DNA of 64,000 nucleotides from Psammoneis japonica (lineage: Eukaryota): contig QPGO01000174.1 in the NCBI GenBank assembly GCA_008632985.1, positions 1 through 64,000 of the forward strand, given 5' to 3'. The position numbers were made by a program, and so were the translations under genes. This document shows, piece by piece, positions 26,200 through 38,291 of the stretch. Position 1 is the stretch's first letter, and every line of letters begins with the position of its first letter. Under the pieces are notes generated by a model. That model had not been told where the DNA came from, ran no database searches, and worked only from the letters and a program-made list of their open reading frames with translations.

Positions 26200-26784
26200 C
26201 CTCCATCCAATTCAAAGCTGTGCCTCTTCAATGTCTGAACATGTGAACCGCAGGATGAAAAAACACGCCTTCTTGTCATTTTTCAACTTTTTGCAAAAAT
26301 CACATTGCCAAAAAGTGAAAAAATGGCCAAAACTGGGTGCCATTGTGAGAAAAGTTACACCCTGACGGCTCCAATGAGAATCATTTTTCTGCATGATTTC
26401 TGCATGGCTCATGCATGAATCACAGCACAACAGATGAATTTTGGTGAAAATGTTGAAGATTTGTGTGTGTCCAATGTTTGCACCACAGAGCACAAAACAA
26501 TTGCTCCAGATGTTTTTTGGCAGGTGTTCCACCTGCATGAGATTCATTGCCAATGTGCTGTCGCACAATCAGTCTTGAGTTTGCAGAGGGGATTTACAGT
26601 GCATGTTCCATGAGGACTTGAACGCCACCAAAAAAACCATTTGACTGTTCATGCACCCAACACCTGCAAAAACGCATCCACACAAGCATCTTTTTGTGCA
26701 AATTCCACATGCATGAGAGACACACAATTTGTCATGTCCAAAATGAGTTGTCATTTTGTGTGTCACCTGGGGCTGGAGCACATC
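26200..26784 (-). mobile_element. MITE related to the 33470-34036 element (left end not resolved)
   Basis: Right end reverse complement gatgtgctccagccccaggtgacacacaaaa matches 33470 ggcgtgttccagccccaggtgacacacaaaa. Internal homology of 26420-26470 to 33780-33830. Confidence 0.65.
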
Positions 26785-26799
26785 ATTGGCTGCTTGGCA

Positions 26800-28480
26800 G
26801 CACAGATGAAGTGTGGCAATGTGGAGCATCGGTGCACTCTGTTTGAGGCAGAACGGCTGTCAGCTCATGAAGATGGAGGCAGGGGGTTGGATTGATGCTG
26901 TTGTGACAGAGGGCAGTGACAGAGCAATCCTTGGCACAAAAGTTGTTTGTTTCAAGGTTGACTTTGATGCTTGCAAGTGGAAGCTGTGCCAATGTGACAA
27001 CCTTCCTGATGGGTGCTTGACCCCATCCAAACTTTGCCACAGTTCACTGTGGATTGCAGGCTTGCTGGATGATTTGAAGGCCCAGGAAGATGGCAAAAGG
27101 ACTGTTGGCCAGCTTGAGTCTGTCCGCTGAAGGACAGACATCCAATGCTTTCTTCCACTCGCCAACCACTGACTCCTGATTTCCCCTCAGCCCACAAGGT
27201 TGTTCTGTTGTCATTGTTGTTGTTGTTGTTGCAACAACAATGGGAGGACTGGGCCCACCTGTGGTGCACCCCACTCCCTGCCATGCCGCCAGTTGCTGGT
27301 GGTGCCACCATGGGTCAACACAGCCACAGCAACCCTGGCCACAGCAACCACAGCAATGGCTGCAACAGCCCTTGCCACAAGAAGTGGCACAACAGCTGCC
27401 ACCTGCCCAGCCTGTGCTGATGGCACCTGCACGGCAGCACCAACACTGGCCCAGCCAGCCTTTGGACCTGGATTGGGGGACAACGTGCCACAGCTTGTGT
27501 TGCCTGTGAAACCCCCCTTCAAGAAAACGTGCCCGGCGCACCTCCCAAGAATTGGCTGCCACAGTTTGTGATGCAAAACACACCATCACCCCTGTGTTCT
27601 GAGCTCTGTTGGTTGAAGAGCCCAGTGCTCCAGCAGAACACCTGGGCACTGCACATGATTGTTGCTGCGCAGTGCACTGTCCAGCCCCTTTGACGATGGG
27701 AGGAATGCCCGCGCACTCATGGGGGATGCACACAATGGGCAAGCTCCACAATCCATGACCTGGCCCTGAGATGCCTGCCACACTGTTGATGCTGCATGCA
27801 TGCCTTCACCCCAGCTGATGGACTGGCTGCTGGTGTCCGACCCTGCACCAGAAATGTCGAGACCATTTGACCCAACAACAGCTGGGCTGAGGTCACTGAG
27901 ATCTGCTGCGCTGTTGCGCCAGCCCCAAACAAGCACTGCCTGGCACCACTTGTCACTGGCCTGCCCCCCCCCCCCAGCATGCATGGGAAAGGCTCAGAGG
28001 AGCCATGGCAAGTGAAGGGGGGTGACAGACTGCCAGCCCTTTGCTGGCCAGCTGCGCTGGCTGCACGCTCCCCTGCCATGGTGCCAGCCAGCCCTCATGA
28101 TTGGTGGTCTGGCCACCAGCTCTTCCACACATCTCAGCACCTCAAGACTGGCAAGCTGCAAGTGCGTGCTGCTGCACACTGGTTTTGCACAACTTGCCGG
28201 ATCTCCTCGCTGCTGCCCCCCTTGCAGCTGGGGCGCAACAGACACAGCCCGAAAGACTCAGCGCCCTGGCAGAAGACCAGCAGCAGCACCTGAGAGACTT
28301 GCCTCCCACTGGTCCACATGGCCATGGCACATGCCAAGAAGGGGGTGTGGGGGACTTGCTTGAGGAACGACCATCCACTTCAGTGTTGTCATTGTGAAGC
28401 TTTCCCCACACTGCTTGACGAGCTTGCCCAAAAAATTTGCCATGCCAGTCATTGTGCTGGTGCAGCAATGTCGCAGTGAC
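26800..28480 (-). mobile_element. Possible decayed DIRS-like gag fragment
   Basis: GC-rich and TpA-free, with Ala/Pro/Gly-rich frames loosely like 30870-32170. No catalytic motif seen. Confidence 0.25.
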
Positions 28481-28686
28481 CCCTCAATTTGCAAAATTGG
28501 CATAGACTAACTGGGAGAGTGTGTCCATCCACTCTGCAGGGATTGGTACAAAATCCACACAACGGATGGCGTGACGCAAGGGCATGCCGCCGGTGCGGGC
28601 ACTTAGGCTACTTCACGAACAGAAGCAGGGAACGAACGAACAAAGGCCTCCACTTTGCCTGCACAGCAAAGTGGATCTGATCTGCC

Positions 28687-30312
28687 ATGAACAACAACAT
28701 GCCTCACCTCTTTAAGAGCTTATCCTTGTTTTTGCTTTGCAACATGATATTGGTTGCTCTTCGTCTGTTCCAACAAGCTTCTGGTATCTCGATGTACTAC
28801 GATTACGAAAGTGCCGCCCTCGATCTCCCTCAATTGGAGGAAAAGACGTCATCGTTGCACCCTGACTTGAAGGCCATGTTTGGCGTCTTGGCGGATCCTC
28901 CCTTAACGGTGACAGCAGAGGATCGGAGAATAGGAGCTGAATGGAAAACCTATATGTACCCACTTGAACAAAAGTTTCATACAGACGTATTCAAGAAAAT
29001 CAACAAGGGATGTATTCTGGAACCCTGTCCATTTGACACAATCAGTGGACACGGAATTCAGTACCTGGACCATGAATCCGAGGCAGTCATTCTATCTAAG
29101 CTTCTATCGTCTCTAGAGTTTGTTGACAGTCCCGAAGAAGCCGATCTCTTTCTTGTTCCAGCGCTAACAGTTACTGCATCAAATACGAAACCTGTCTGTC
29201 GTCGTTTCGGCAGGTGCAACCTTGGATGGTACGAGGAGCTTTTTCAACAGCTTGAGTTTCTCCAAGACTCGTCAAAGCCACACCTGTTTCTTGCGACTCA
29301 AGACTGGAGCCAAAACCACCCCTCAATTGCCAAAAAACTGTACAATCAGGAAAATGCCCTTGTCGTTAATTTGGGGCCTGGAGGTATCGTGGTTCCCTTT
29401 CTCAACACAAACATTAATGTCCAAGACCCCACGTACACAAGCATTCTTTTAGATACGACAGCAAAGAAAAGAGATATCTTCATCATGGCAAACATGGGAG
29501 TTAGACACGAGGAAAGAACCATTGTTGCTCCACAATTGGAAAGATACAAAGGAACAAGGAAAATTAAACTACCAAAGGACCCGTGGAGACCTGACGAAAT
29601 GTTTGGTGCGGTATTTACTCTTTGCTTATCTGGAGACCTTCCCGCTACAAAACGTTTCTTCGACGCGATACTCAGCTTGTCCATTCCAGTAGTAATTGAC
29701 AGCCAAGTCTCTCTCGAAGGAACCAATGAAACTTTTCGAACGTTCTGGCACAGAAATGATATTTTTTTCGCTGACATTATTGCAAATCACTCGGTAGCAG
29801 CCTCGTACCCGGATATCAGTTTTACCGGGGTTTCATATGACGACTTTTTGGTGACTTTGTCAGCTGAAGAAGCTTATTCCGACATTGTTGGAGCGCTCGA
29901 GCGTGTGTACAATGACAAGACGGGTATGAAAAAAAGACGAGACGCAATGAGAAAGATACGAGACATATTTCTATTTAACCTACGGGGTGATGCTCCTGAT
30001 GCCTTTACGGCACTTTTATGCAAACTCCACGCCATACTCAAGCCCAACGTCCCTACTCCCGTTGTTAATTGGAGTCTTAAGACTCCTGCGAAGCACAGCT
30101 CTTCGACACATATGAACTGCGGTTGTCCAAGAACCTGCAACGTGGTTGAAATAAACACAATGAAGAAGGATATGAAGATCTCCTGCTTCCACCGTATTGA
30201 GTATATGATGGCGAAGCACAATGTGTCTCAAGATGAATCTTGTACTCATGCTGGCCGTGCCGGTTTTTGTGGTCCTGAGTGCACGCCTGGTGTCTGTGCC
30301 ACCTTGCCTTAA
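28687..30312 (+). CDS. Exostosin-family (GT47) glycosyltransferase with C-terminal Cys-rich module
   Basis: Intact 541-aa ORF with N-terminal TM, 'VDSPEEADLFLVP', 'FTLCLSGD...KRFFDAILSLSIPVVI', tail 'CGCPRTC...CGPECTPGVC'. Tyr-rich, normal TpA. Confidence 0.85.
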   Translation: MNNNMPHLFKSLSLFLLCNMILVALRLFQQASGISMYYDYESAALDLPQLEEKTSSLHPDLKAMFGVLADPPLTVTAEDRRIGAEWKTYMYPLEQKFHTDVFKKINKGCILEPCPFDTISGHGIQYLDHESEAVILSKLLSSLEFVDSPEEADLFLVPALTVTASNTKPVCRRFGRCNLGWYEELFQQLEFLQDSSKPHLFLATQDWSQNHPSIAKKLYNQENALVVNLGPGGIVVPFLNTNINVQDPTYTSILLDTTAKKRDIFIMANMGVRHEERTIVAPQLERYKGTRKIKLPKDPWRPDEMFGAVFTLCLSGDLPATKRFFDAILSLSIPVVIDSQVSLEGTNETFRTFWHRNDIFFADIIANHSVAASYPDISFTGVSYDDFLVTLSAEEAYSDIVGALERVYNDKTGMKKRRDAMRKIRDIFLFNLRGDAPDAFTALLCKLHAILKPNVPTPVVNWSLKTPAKHSSSTHMNCGCPRTCNVVEINTMKKDMKISCFHRIEYMMAKHNVSQDESCTHAGRAGFCGPECTPGVCATLP

Positions 30313-30589
30313 CCCAACATTTTTTACTTGCATGAACATGTATGCAGAGACATGAAGCCATGATGCTCCACACATCCAATCTCGTCAGAGAGATCTGTCA
30401 CCTGCAATGGAACGGCAAGGACGATTCTTGTGCTTCTGAACAGCTTGGACCCATCAGCAGTTACGAGAGGGAGGCAATCTTGAAAAGACAGATGTTAGAT
30501 GATGTGCTAGACCTTAAGTTCTTGTTTTTAAAAAAGCAACTTTGGCATTTTCTGTCTAGAAGCCTCCAGCTAAGGTAAAACACTTCTAA

Positions 30590-30644
30590 TTTTTGTGGTC
30601 CCGAGTGCAAGCCTGGTGTCTGTGCCGCCTTGCTTTAACCCACT
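30590..30644 (+). repeat. About 55-bp duplicate of the GT47 gene 3' end (30265-30318)
   Basis: ttttgtggtcc(t/c)gagtgca(c/a)gcctggtgtctgtgcc(a/g)ccttgc(c/t)ttaaccca occurs at both sites. Confidence 0.9.
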
Positions 30645-30869
30645 GAGTCCAAAGAAGTGCAAACCCACAATGCCATGTTTGTGCCTTTTGAGTTTGTGAG
30701 CATTTTGCTCCCACAGCCTTTGCGGCCAAAGAAAGCATGCCGGCATGTCTGTGGAGCCGCGCCAGCAGCCAACAAAGCAGCGGCAATTGCGCCCCTGCTT
30801 GATTTTTCATGAGTGGCTTGCTGCGCAACTCAGAATGCACAGCTTCAACATGCTGTGGCATGAAATTGG

Positions 30870-33800
30870 CTCGCCATGACATGTCCACCCAATGACTTGC
30901 TCAACCGCTTTTTTGACCTCAAGGTGGAAAGGGACATCCCAGGGTGGCTGGGGCAAGGTCAGCCAATGGCACCACAGTTCCAGCCCATTGTCACTGCCAT
31001 CAAAGGGCTCGCCACAGAGCAGCACAGGGCCCGAGCCAACGCAGAAGAGCGTCAACACACCGCCTTGTGTGGCAAAACCCCAAACGAGTTTTGGGGTGTC
31101 TGCAGAGTCACCAAGCTCATGCGATGGTGCCAGGCATGCAACAAAGCAGCCCTGTCACCTCTCTGGGCTGCACTGTCTGCTGCTCAAAACACAGGGCACA
31201 TTGCCTTCACACCAAATGCCATTGACAAACAGTGACAGGCCCTGGCAGTGCACTTTGATGTGCCTGTCACAGTTGGGCTGATTGCTGAGCTCGTCCAACT
31301 GGATTTTGCGGGGCACAATCATGAAGAGCCCACACAGGGCATTGCTCCATTCATGTTTGGCCTCACCACCCCAGAGATGGCCAAGCAAAATTGCATGCCA
31401 AAATGCAATGTGCACTCAGATTCATGGTGGAACTGGAGCCCCGTTGCTTCAGGATCTTCAATCACTGGACAAGGTGCCAGTGGCAACCACCATGCAAGCC
31501 ATGCAACAGTCATGCAATGGCTTTTGTTTGCTCTTGTCCGCCGCATTGGGAGACAACCACCCCGTTGTCCAATGGCTCACCGGACAGCACTTGGACATGG
31601 ACCACTGTGCCAATGAGCTCATGGTCCAGCATGCAATGCACACCACAATCCCAGCCAACTTTCAGCATTGTGTGCAGGCTGAGATCTGACACTGGTTTGG
31701 GGCCCAAGCCAGCTCCTGTCAGGAGACACCGTTCATGCCTGCGGAAATTGTGCACAAAGTGGCCAAGGGTGAGATTTGTCTTGGTGGTGCCACCTGCCGG
31801 CTGCTGTTCAGGCAGCCAGCTCAGCAGCAACCATGCCACCAGCACCTCTTGACAACAACCCTGCACCACTGCCACCACGTGACACATCTGCCGCTCCTGG
31901 CAGCAACTCGATTGTGTGCAACCCCACCTGCGACCAGAGTTTCACCAAGCTGCACAACCGGCCCAATGTGCAATCACAAGCTGTCAAGATTCGGCACACA
32001 TGTGTCAAGACCAACCCTCCCAAAGATGACCAAGGCCACGTGCACTGCCCCCCACATCACTGCAAGGGCCAATGCAACACCAACTGTGGTGCCAGTTGTG
32101 ACCGTTGCAATGATCACACCAAAGACAAGCAAGCACGCATGCTCACATGGGGGGAGGAACATTGGAAGACCAAACAGGTCTTCTGCAATGGTCCAAGTTC
32201 CGGGACTCAGCACCAAGAGCCACCCACCGCACCAGCACAGAGGCTGGCACATCCACACCCCCCAACTGTGGAGAGTTTCAAGCGACAGTGCACCTGGCCC
32301 ATGACACATGGACAGGATGTTGCTGTGCCACAACCTGCAATGACAAATTGGGTGAGCATGTCAAAAATGATGTTGTTTCGTTGCACTGTCAAGGTCTCAG
32401 CTGCTTCCTGCACCAGTGCAGTGGCAGAGGCAATTGGGGCAAGCTTCGCCAGGTCAGGCACCATCCGGCTTGCCGCCTGCTCAAGAACTGCAAGTTTTGA
32501 GGAACCCCAGTCACTGCCACCGACATGCCTTGGATGCATGCTCAGCTGGACACCAGTGTCGCCAGGGGTCCATGCAAGTCCGCCTGCAAACATGTCGAAT
32601 TTTTATGCAAGGACATGGCCAACATGGTTGAGAAAGGCTTCTGGGTTGTGCTCCCCTGCAATGACATCCGCACTGTCCCAGGCTTGTGCCTCAGTCCCAT
32701 TGACATTGTCCCCCAACACAGCCAATGCCCCAGTCCCATCATCGACTGCACTTGTTGTGGTCTCAACACTTTGACGCAACCCAACACTCCCATGGAAGCC
32801 ATGCAATTTGGCTGCACACTTGACCAATTGCTGCACAAGATCTTGCTCTGTGATCCATCCAAAGGCAAAGTCTGCCTCATGAAAGTGGACCTTGCCAACG
32901 AATGCTGTTGCACGCAACTTGTGCCAGAATGGGCTCCACTCCTCAGAGCAGTGTTCCCTCACCATCTGGATGAACCGCCGCTGGTGGCCATTCTGACACG
33001 TCTTTCCATGGGTTGTGCAAACTCTCCACCACTGTTTCTTGCCACAACTGAAACAGCAGCAGACCTTGCCAATTTGGATCTGGCGTGCAATGTTCAAGCA
33101 CCAGCACACCCACTTGAACACCTGCTGGACAGCCATCTGGCACCTCGCCAACAAGCACCAGCTTCTGACCCCACTCACTCAGCTCTGGTGCCTGCTCATC
33201 CCGATCCCCACCTCCGGCCACATCAACGTCAATGCCTGCAATGCATCAACACATGTGTTGACAATTTCATGGGCACCGCTCAAGGATCTCACACTGCACG
33301 TCACATCCTTGATGATGTCTTTTAGCCGCTCGACTCTCAAGACCATGCCACCCACAAGGAGCCTGTCTCCGTCAAAAAGCTCTGCCAGGGTGATGCTGCA
33401 TGGTCCATGAAGAAAGAGGTCCTGGGATTGATCATCAACACTTTGTCAATGACCCTGCGTCTCACCCCCGGCGTGTTCCAGCCCCAGGTGACACACAAAA
33501 CAACAATCCATTTTGAACATAATTTGCATGAGCTTCGTGTGTTGAGGCTGTTCATCAAAATGCTTGTGCATTCTGGCTTTTACACTTGATTCGAGTGTGT
33601 GCATTTAAATGTTTTTTCATCGGTGCTCAAGTCTCCATGATGTGTGTGTCACAAAACTGTCAAGTGGAAACAGTGCTGACTGTACATTGGCACTCACACT
33701 GCAGAAATTTTTGTGCAAGTAGATTGATGCTACAATGTGCACAGGCAAACATTTTGTGTTAGCCTTCAAACAGCAACAGCACATGAATCTTCAAAAATTT

Positions 33801-36010
33801 TGGCAAAAATCATCCGTTGTGTTGCAGTTCATTTGTCGCAATGAAAAAACATTGATTGCACAAAAACAATGACATTGCAACACTGACACGAGTCTTGTCA
33901 GTGTTTCAAAACATTTGCATTTGTACAAATCTATGCTTTTGGTGGTGAAAATTCGTTTGCAAGTCAGAGACCGCGTAAAAATTGCGCGAATGTTGTTTTT
34001 GTGCATGTTTTGCTTCACGTGCCACTGGAACACGCCCCCCAGACAATGCCAGCAACTTTGCAATGCTCTGCATCAGGACTTCCTCCACACCCACAAACGT
34101 GCACACAATCCAGACTGTCAGAAACTTCTGGGAGAACTCCAATCACTTGCTGTGGCTGTCCCCAGCTTGCGCGGACTCTTCTCCAAAATTCAACACAATC
34201 TCCGCAACACCAACCCGGACTCCCGAGTCTGCATCACTCCAAACATGCACAGTGCTTTGGATGATTTTCAAGCCATTGAACCAACTCTCAAGAAACGCCC
34301 CATTTGTGTGCAGGAGCCAGTGCACCTGCCACCGACCTTCACCAGCTGCCATGATGCAGCCAGCCATGGAGCAGGCAGCATCATCCTGCCCACCAACACT
34401 GCTGCACCATGCACTTCAATGCTGCACTTCAGCAGCCAAAAGCAACACCAACAGTGCAACGCCAGTCCCATTGCATGGCACATGCCATTCCTGAAAAATG
34501 TCGCCAACCAGCTCTCCACCTGCCGCAACCCACGAGGTCCCATTGCCAACACCAACCCCAAACTCATGGATGGCATCATCCAATCTTGTGGAGCTGCTCA
34601 CTGCTTTGACATTCAAGAATGCACGCACCTGTCTCACACCAACAACTCTGGCACAATGCGTTGGGAATGCAAAGGTTCCACCACTGCAGTCAAGCCAGCC
34701 GCCAAACTCCTCCAGTGCCACGGCTGCCATCAATGCTGTGTCACTGCCGCCTGGGGCTGTGTGTGACTGAAGGCCCAGCCACCTCAACACGGCAGCAGAT
34801 GATGCATCATGACTTCAGTCCCTTGCTGACGGTGAGTTTTTGAACCATTTTAATCTCCATTGCCCACAGAAACTCTCCTGGCACCTTTGGATGCCGCCAC
34901 ACAAGCTGACTTCCTTCATGATCTTGATGCTGCTCAACACGCCGTGGCACATGGCATTGCCACCAGCTGAGCCTCCACCACCAACACTGGCTGGGACAAG
35001 TGGTGAGGGTTCTGTGCCTCTGTGGCCCTCAACCCACTGCTCCAAGATGTCAATGACCCTGTTGTCTTCTTCCTCCAAGTCTTCCTCCACTGCTGCCAAA
35101 CTGGCATCATCGCTCCCCAAGGAAATCCAGTCCAAGGACATGCCACTGAGGATGCCGCACAGTCAATTGGCCAAACGTTCACTGTGATGGGGGCCCTGGA
35201 TCCACGCCACACACACCCCAAGGCGGCATGGATTTCCGTCTTGCCTGCCAAGTCTGTTTCTGCAAGAAAGAGGATCCCCACAGCCCCAGCAGCAGTTCTC
35301 ACTTGGATCATGCATGCTGCCACCAACAGCAATGATCCAGACACCAAAGCCATTGCTGACATGATTGCAGTTGCTTTCTTTTTCTTGTTGCATCCTGGCA
35401 AGTGCACCGTGACACCGTTGGACACCACACCTTTCCAACTGGCAGACATGCGCTTGGCCTCTGACGGTGCCCATTTGGACACCTTCCAAGCCACACATGC
35501 CCAACTTGATGTGCTGCAACCTTTGCCACCCTCACTTTCACTGTGCAGAAAAATTGGGCACCTGGCAAAGTGCTTGGATCAGGCCTTTCAGGACACCCCA
35601 ATTTGTGCCCGACTCAAGCCCTTGTCTGCTGCATCAGACACCTCTGCGCCCATGGCGTGCTCCCTGACACTCCACTGGGCATCCATTTTCAAAACACTGC
35701 CTGGTGTCATGTGTTGCCAGCCGACATCACAAGCATCGTCTGGAACACTGTCATTGCTCTCAGCCCCAAAATCCCCAGGTTTCACTGCTTGAGATGTCAC
35801 CGCTTGGTGCCTTTGGGCCTCTGGTGCCATGGCACTCCTGTGTGCCAGAATCGACACCAATCTCACCTGGCTCTTGGGCTGCTGACAGTCTGATGAAATG
35901 CTGCACTGTCTTCACTTGCAAGCAGAGCCCATCATGCACAACTTTGCCCATGATGTGCTTGCAGGCAGCAACATCGTCCTTCATCCCAATGCCAAAGTCC
36001 CCATGAATCC
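30870..36010 (+). mobile_element. DIRS-type tyrosine-recombinase retrotransposon (gag, RT, RNase H, YR), decayed
   Basis: gag Cys/His tail 'CPPHHCKGQCNTNC'; RT 'GFWVVLP..LSP..IVPQ', 'KVDLANECC', 'LSMG..NSPP.F', 'TCVDNF'; RNase H 'HDAASHGAG', 'KGST'; YR 'AFFFLLHPGKCT' (LRPGEY), 'GAMALL...SDEMLHCLHLQA' (MLRYL). Confidence 0.9.
33470..34036 (+). mobile_element. 567-bp MITE inserted in the DIRS RT/RNase H region
   Basis: TIR ggcgtgttccag / ctggaacacgcc, flanked by 4-bp TSD cccc. Host peptide 'MTLRLTP|RQCQQL' rejoins across it. Confidence 0.85.
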
Positions 36011-36089
36011 CCAAGATCCCAATCAGGAACAACACCGCCGCCAGCCTTCCAGCCTCTCCCCACCCACCCATGCAATGGTGCATGCCTTG

Positions 36090-36920
36090 AAAGTGCTTTG
36101 CACTGTGGTGGCGCTGGTGGAAGGCCCTGCCACTCCAGCTTTGGGTTTGGGAAGGTGGCTTGCACATCCACTGGCAAAGCCACTCCAGTCCATCAGCCTG
36201 GAGGCTCCAGCTGGAGAGTCACAGAAGAAGGAACAAGAAGGGTGGTGTGAGCTGCCCACCTTGCATCGTTCGATGAGGCAAAATGATCCACTTGACCATT
36301 GGTCATTTGCGGCCATTAAAAATTTGAATTTGAGCAGGAGAGAGCAGCTAAGAGCAACAGCCGTCTCAGACAGTTTCATCGCTCCTGCCTCCCCCCCACC
36401 CTCTGGCCCTGTGCTGCTCCAGCTTTGGGTTTGGGAGTGAGGTGCGTGTGCATCCACCAGCAAAGCCACTCCAGTCCATCACCGTTGGCCCAGAGTCTCT
36501 GGCTCCAGCTAGAGAGTCACAGGAGAAGGAATGAGAAGGGTGGTGTGAGCCGCCCACCTCGTGTTGTTCGATGAGGCAAAATGACCCACTTGACCGTTGG
36601 TCATTTGCGGCCATTAAAAATTTGAATTTGAGCATGCTTGCATGAGCAACAAGAGCAAAGGTCATTTTCTCTTGGCTGCTCTCTCCTCTCATTCTTCCAA
36701 AGAGCAACCAAGAGCAACAGCTGTCTCAGACAGTTTCGTCACTCCCACCTCTCCTGCCCTCTGGCCCTGCTGCACCAGCTTTGGGTTTGGGAGTGATGTG
36801 CTTGTGCACCCAGCAGCAAAGCCATTCCAGTCCATCACCATTGGCCCAGAGTCTCTGGCTCCAGCTAGAGAGTCACAGGAGAAGAAACAAGAAGGGTGGC
36901 GTGAGCCGCCGGCACTCGTG
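36090..36920 (+). repeat. Three diverged tandem units (about 280-360 bp) downstream of the DIRS recombinase
   Basis: ccagctttgggtttggga..gcaaagcca..ccagtccatca..ggctccagct(g/a)gagagtcacag..gaagggtgg near 36130, 36415 and 36775. Confidence 0.9.
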
Positions 36921-37214
36921 TTGTCACAGTCCCAGTGCTTAGGGAGTCTATCATACCGCTATCCTCATTGCCCTTCGGTGTCATTGGATTGGCTCCGCCG
37001 TGCCAACAAAGACATTTGACATTTACACTGCAGGGGGATTCTATTTCTTTTCGTTCATTGTTTCAACAGTGTGGTCGATCGTCGGGCGACGTAAAAATAT
37101 TTGGCAGCGCAATAAGCTGCAATCTTTGAGCAGAAGAAACGATTCTTTAAATCACTGCCTAATACAGAATTAACTGTCTGTTTCAGAGTAACAGCTGCCC
37201 CTCACCTCATCGAA

Positions 37215-38291
37215 TCAAAAGTCGATGTTTGTGCTCTTGGCCTTCTTCATCCATGCAGCAACCTTTTCATCGCTTACTACTCCTCTTTTCTGGCCTCCCA
37301 TGCACTGGTCTTTGCGTTCACGTGCATGTTCTTCCGTGCACTTTGCAATCTTAATGACGTTTGCACTAAACTCCATGGAGCAAATACTGTCATCATTAGG
37401 CAGGACGCTCATCTCTTCTCGGCAAAACTCGTGACGATTCATAATGTCAATAAGTTGTTTGAATTTCTCAATCGCATTGTAGCGTGGCGAGGACCCGAGG
37501 CCAACCCCAGGCATTGGGTATGTATAGATATGAGGACGCTTGTCCCAATAGCTCGTTTCGACGTCTTCGACAATGTACAACCCGCCCGGAACGAGACATG
37601 GAAACATGTTGACAAAGCTAAACAATATGTGATGCGGTACGTGACTTCCATCATCAACAATAACATCCCAAGGGCCCTGCTTACAGAGAGTTTCCATGGT
37701 ATTGTGTTTTGATTGATCACCCCAAATAACCCGCAGCTTATCACGATTCTTGGTTACGAAATTGTCCATGTTGACTTTCTCGTCGACTCCCTTTGCCGGA
37801 TCACCATATGCCAAGCCCACGATTAGCTCTGGGTCATCAAAATACTCTGCCCATAAAGCTAAAGAGCGTCCTTTGTCTGCACCAATCTCTAGAAATTTGA
37901 TGCCCTGCTTCGATCGAAAGGGTGCCAACCAGCTTGCGTAGCTCTGCTCATAGTGATGGACAGAATACTTGTCCGTTCCAGTTCGCTTCATAATGTCACC
38001 AATTTTCTCTTTTGAAGAATACCCAGAAGCGCGGTCTGCAGATGGCGTCTCATCCTTGATGGAATTTATCTGTTCCCGTAAAGAGTTTTTCACTTTCTTG
38101 AGTTCTTCTATTTGCTGTTTTAGGTCTTGAATTGCTTCAAGAGACAAAGAGCGACCTTTGCCTCCTCCTGCCATAAACGAATCAATTTCGTGCTGCTGTT
38201 GCCGGAGGTTAGGTAATGAACTTTTTCTAACAACAATCACATTGAGGCAGACGCACACGACAAGAAGTGCGGCAAGAAGTTTCAACATCAT
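37215..38291 (-). CDS. Membrane-anchored class I SAM-dependent (sugar O-)methyltransferase, MycE-like
   Basis: Intact ORF. TM 'LLAALLVVCVCLNVIVV', coiled-coil stem, 'TDK...HHY...Y', 'FLEIG', 'GDQS', 'DVIVDDGSH', 'PGGLYIVEDVETSYW'. Alternative upstream ATG at 38375. Confidence 0.85.
   Translation of the reverse strand: MMLKLLAALLVVCVCLNVIVVRKSSLPNLRQQQHEIDSFMAGGGKGRSLSLEAIQDLKQQIEELKKVKNSLREQINSIKDETPSADRASGYSSKEKIGDIMKRTGTDKYSVHHYEQSYASWLAPFRSKQGIKFLEIGADKGRSLALWAEYFDDPELIVGLAYGDPAKGVDEKVNMDNFVTKNRDKLRVIWGDQSKHNTMETLCKQGPWDVIVDDGSHVPHHILFSFVNMFPCLVPGGLYIVEDVETSYWDKRPHIYTYPMPGVGLGSSPRYNAIEKFKQLIDIMNRHEFCREEMSVLPNDDSICSMEFSANVIKIAKCTEEHARERKDQCMGGQKRGVVSDEKVAAWMKKAKSTNIDF

Noticed and set aside
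9175..28530. Whole block as one giant cargo-carrying transposon (cctcaatt motifs near both ends, palindrome at 9219-9230)
   Set aside because: No convincing TIR or TSD pair could be found. It remains possible but unsupported.
36090..36920. CRISPR-like array
   Set aside because: The units are long and diverged, there are no unique spacers or cas genes, and the context is eukaryotic.
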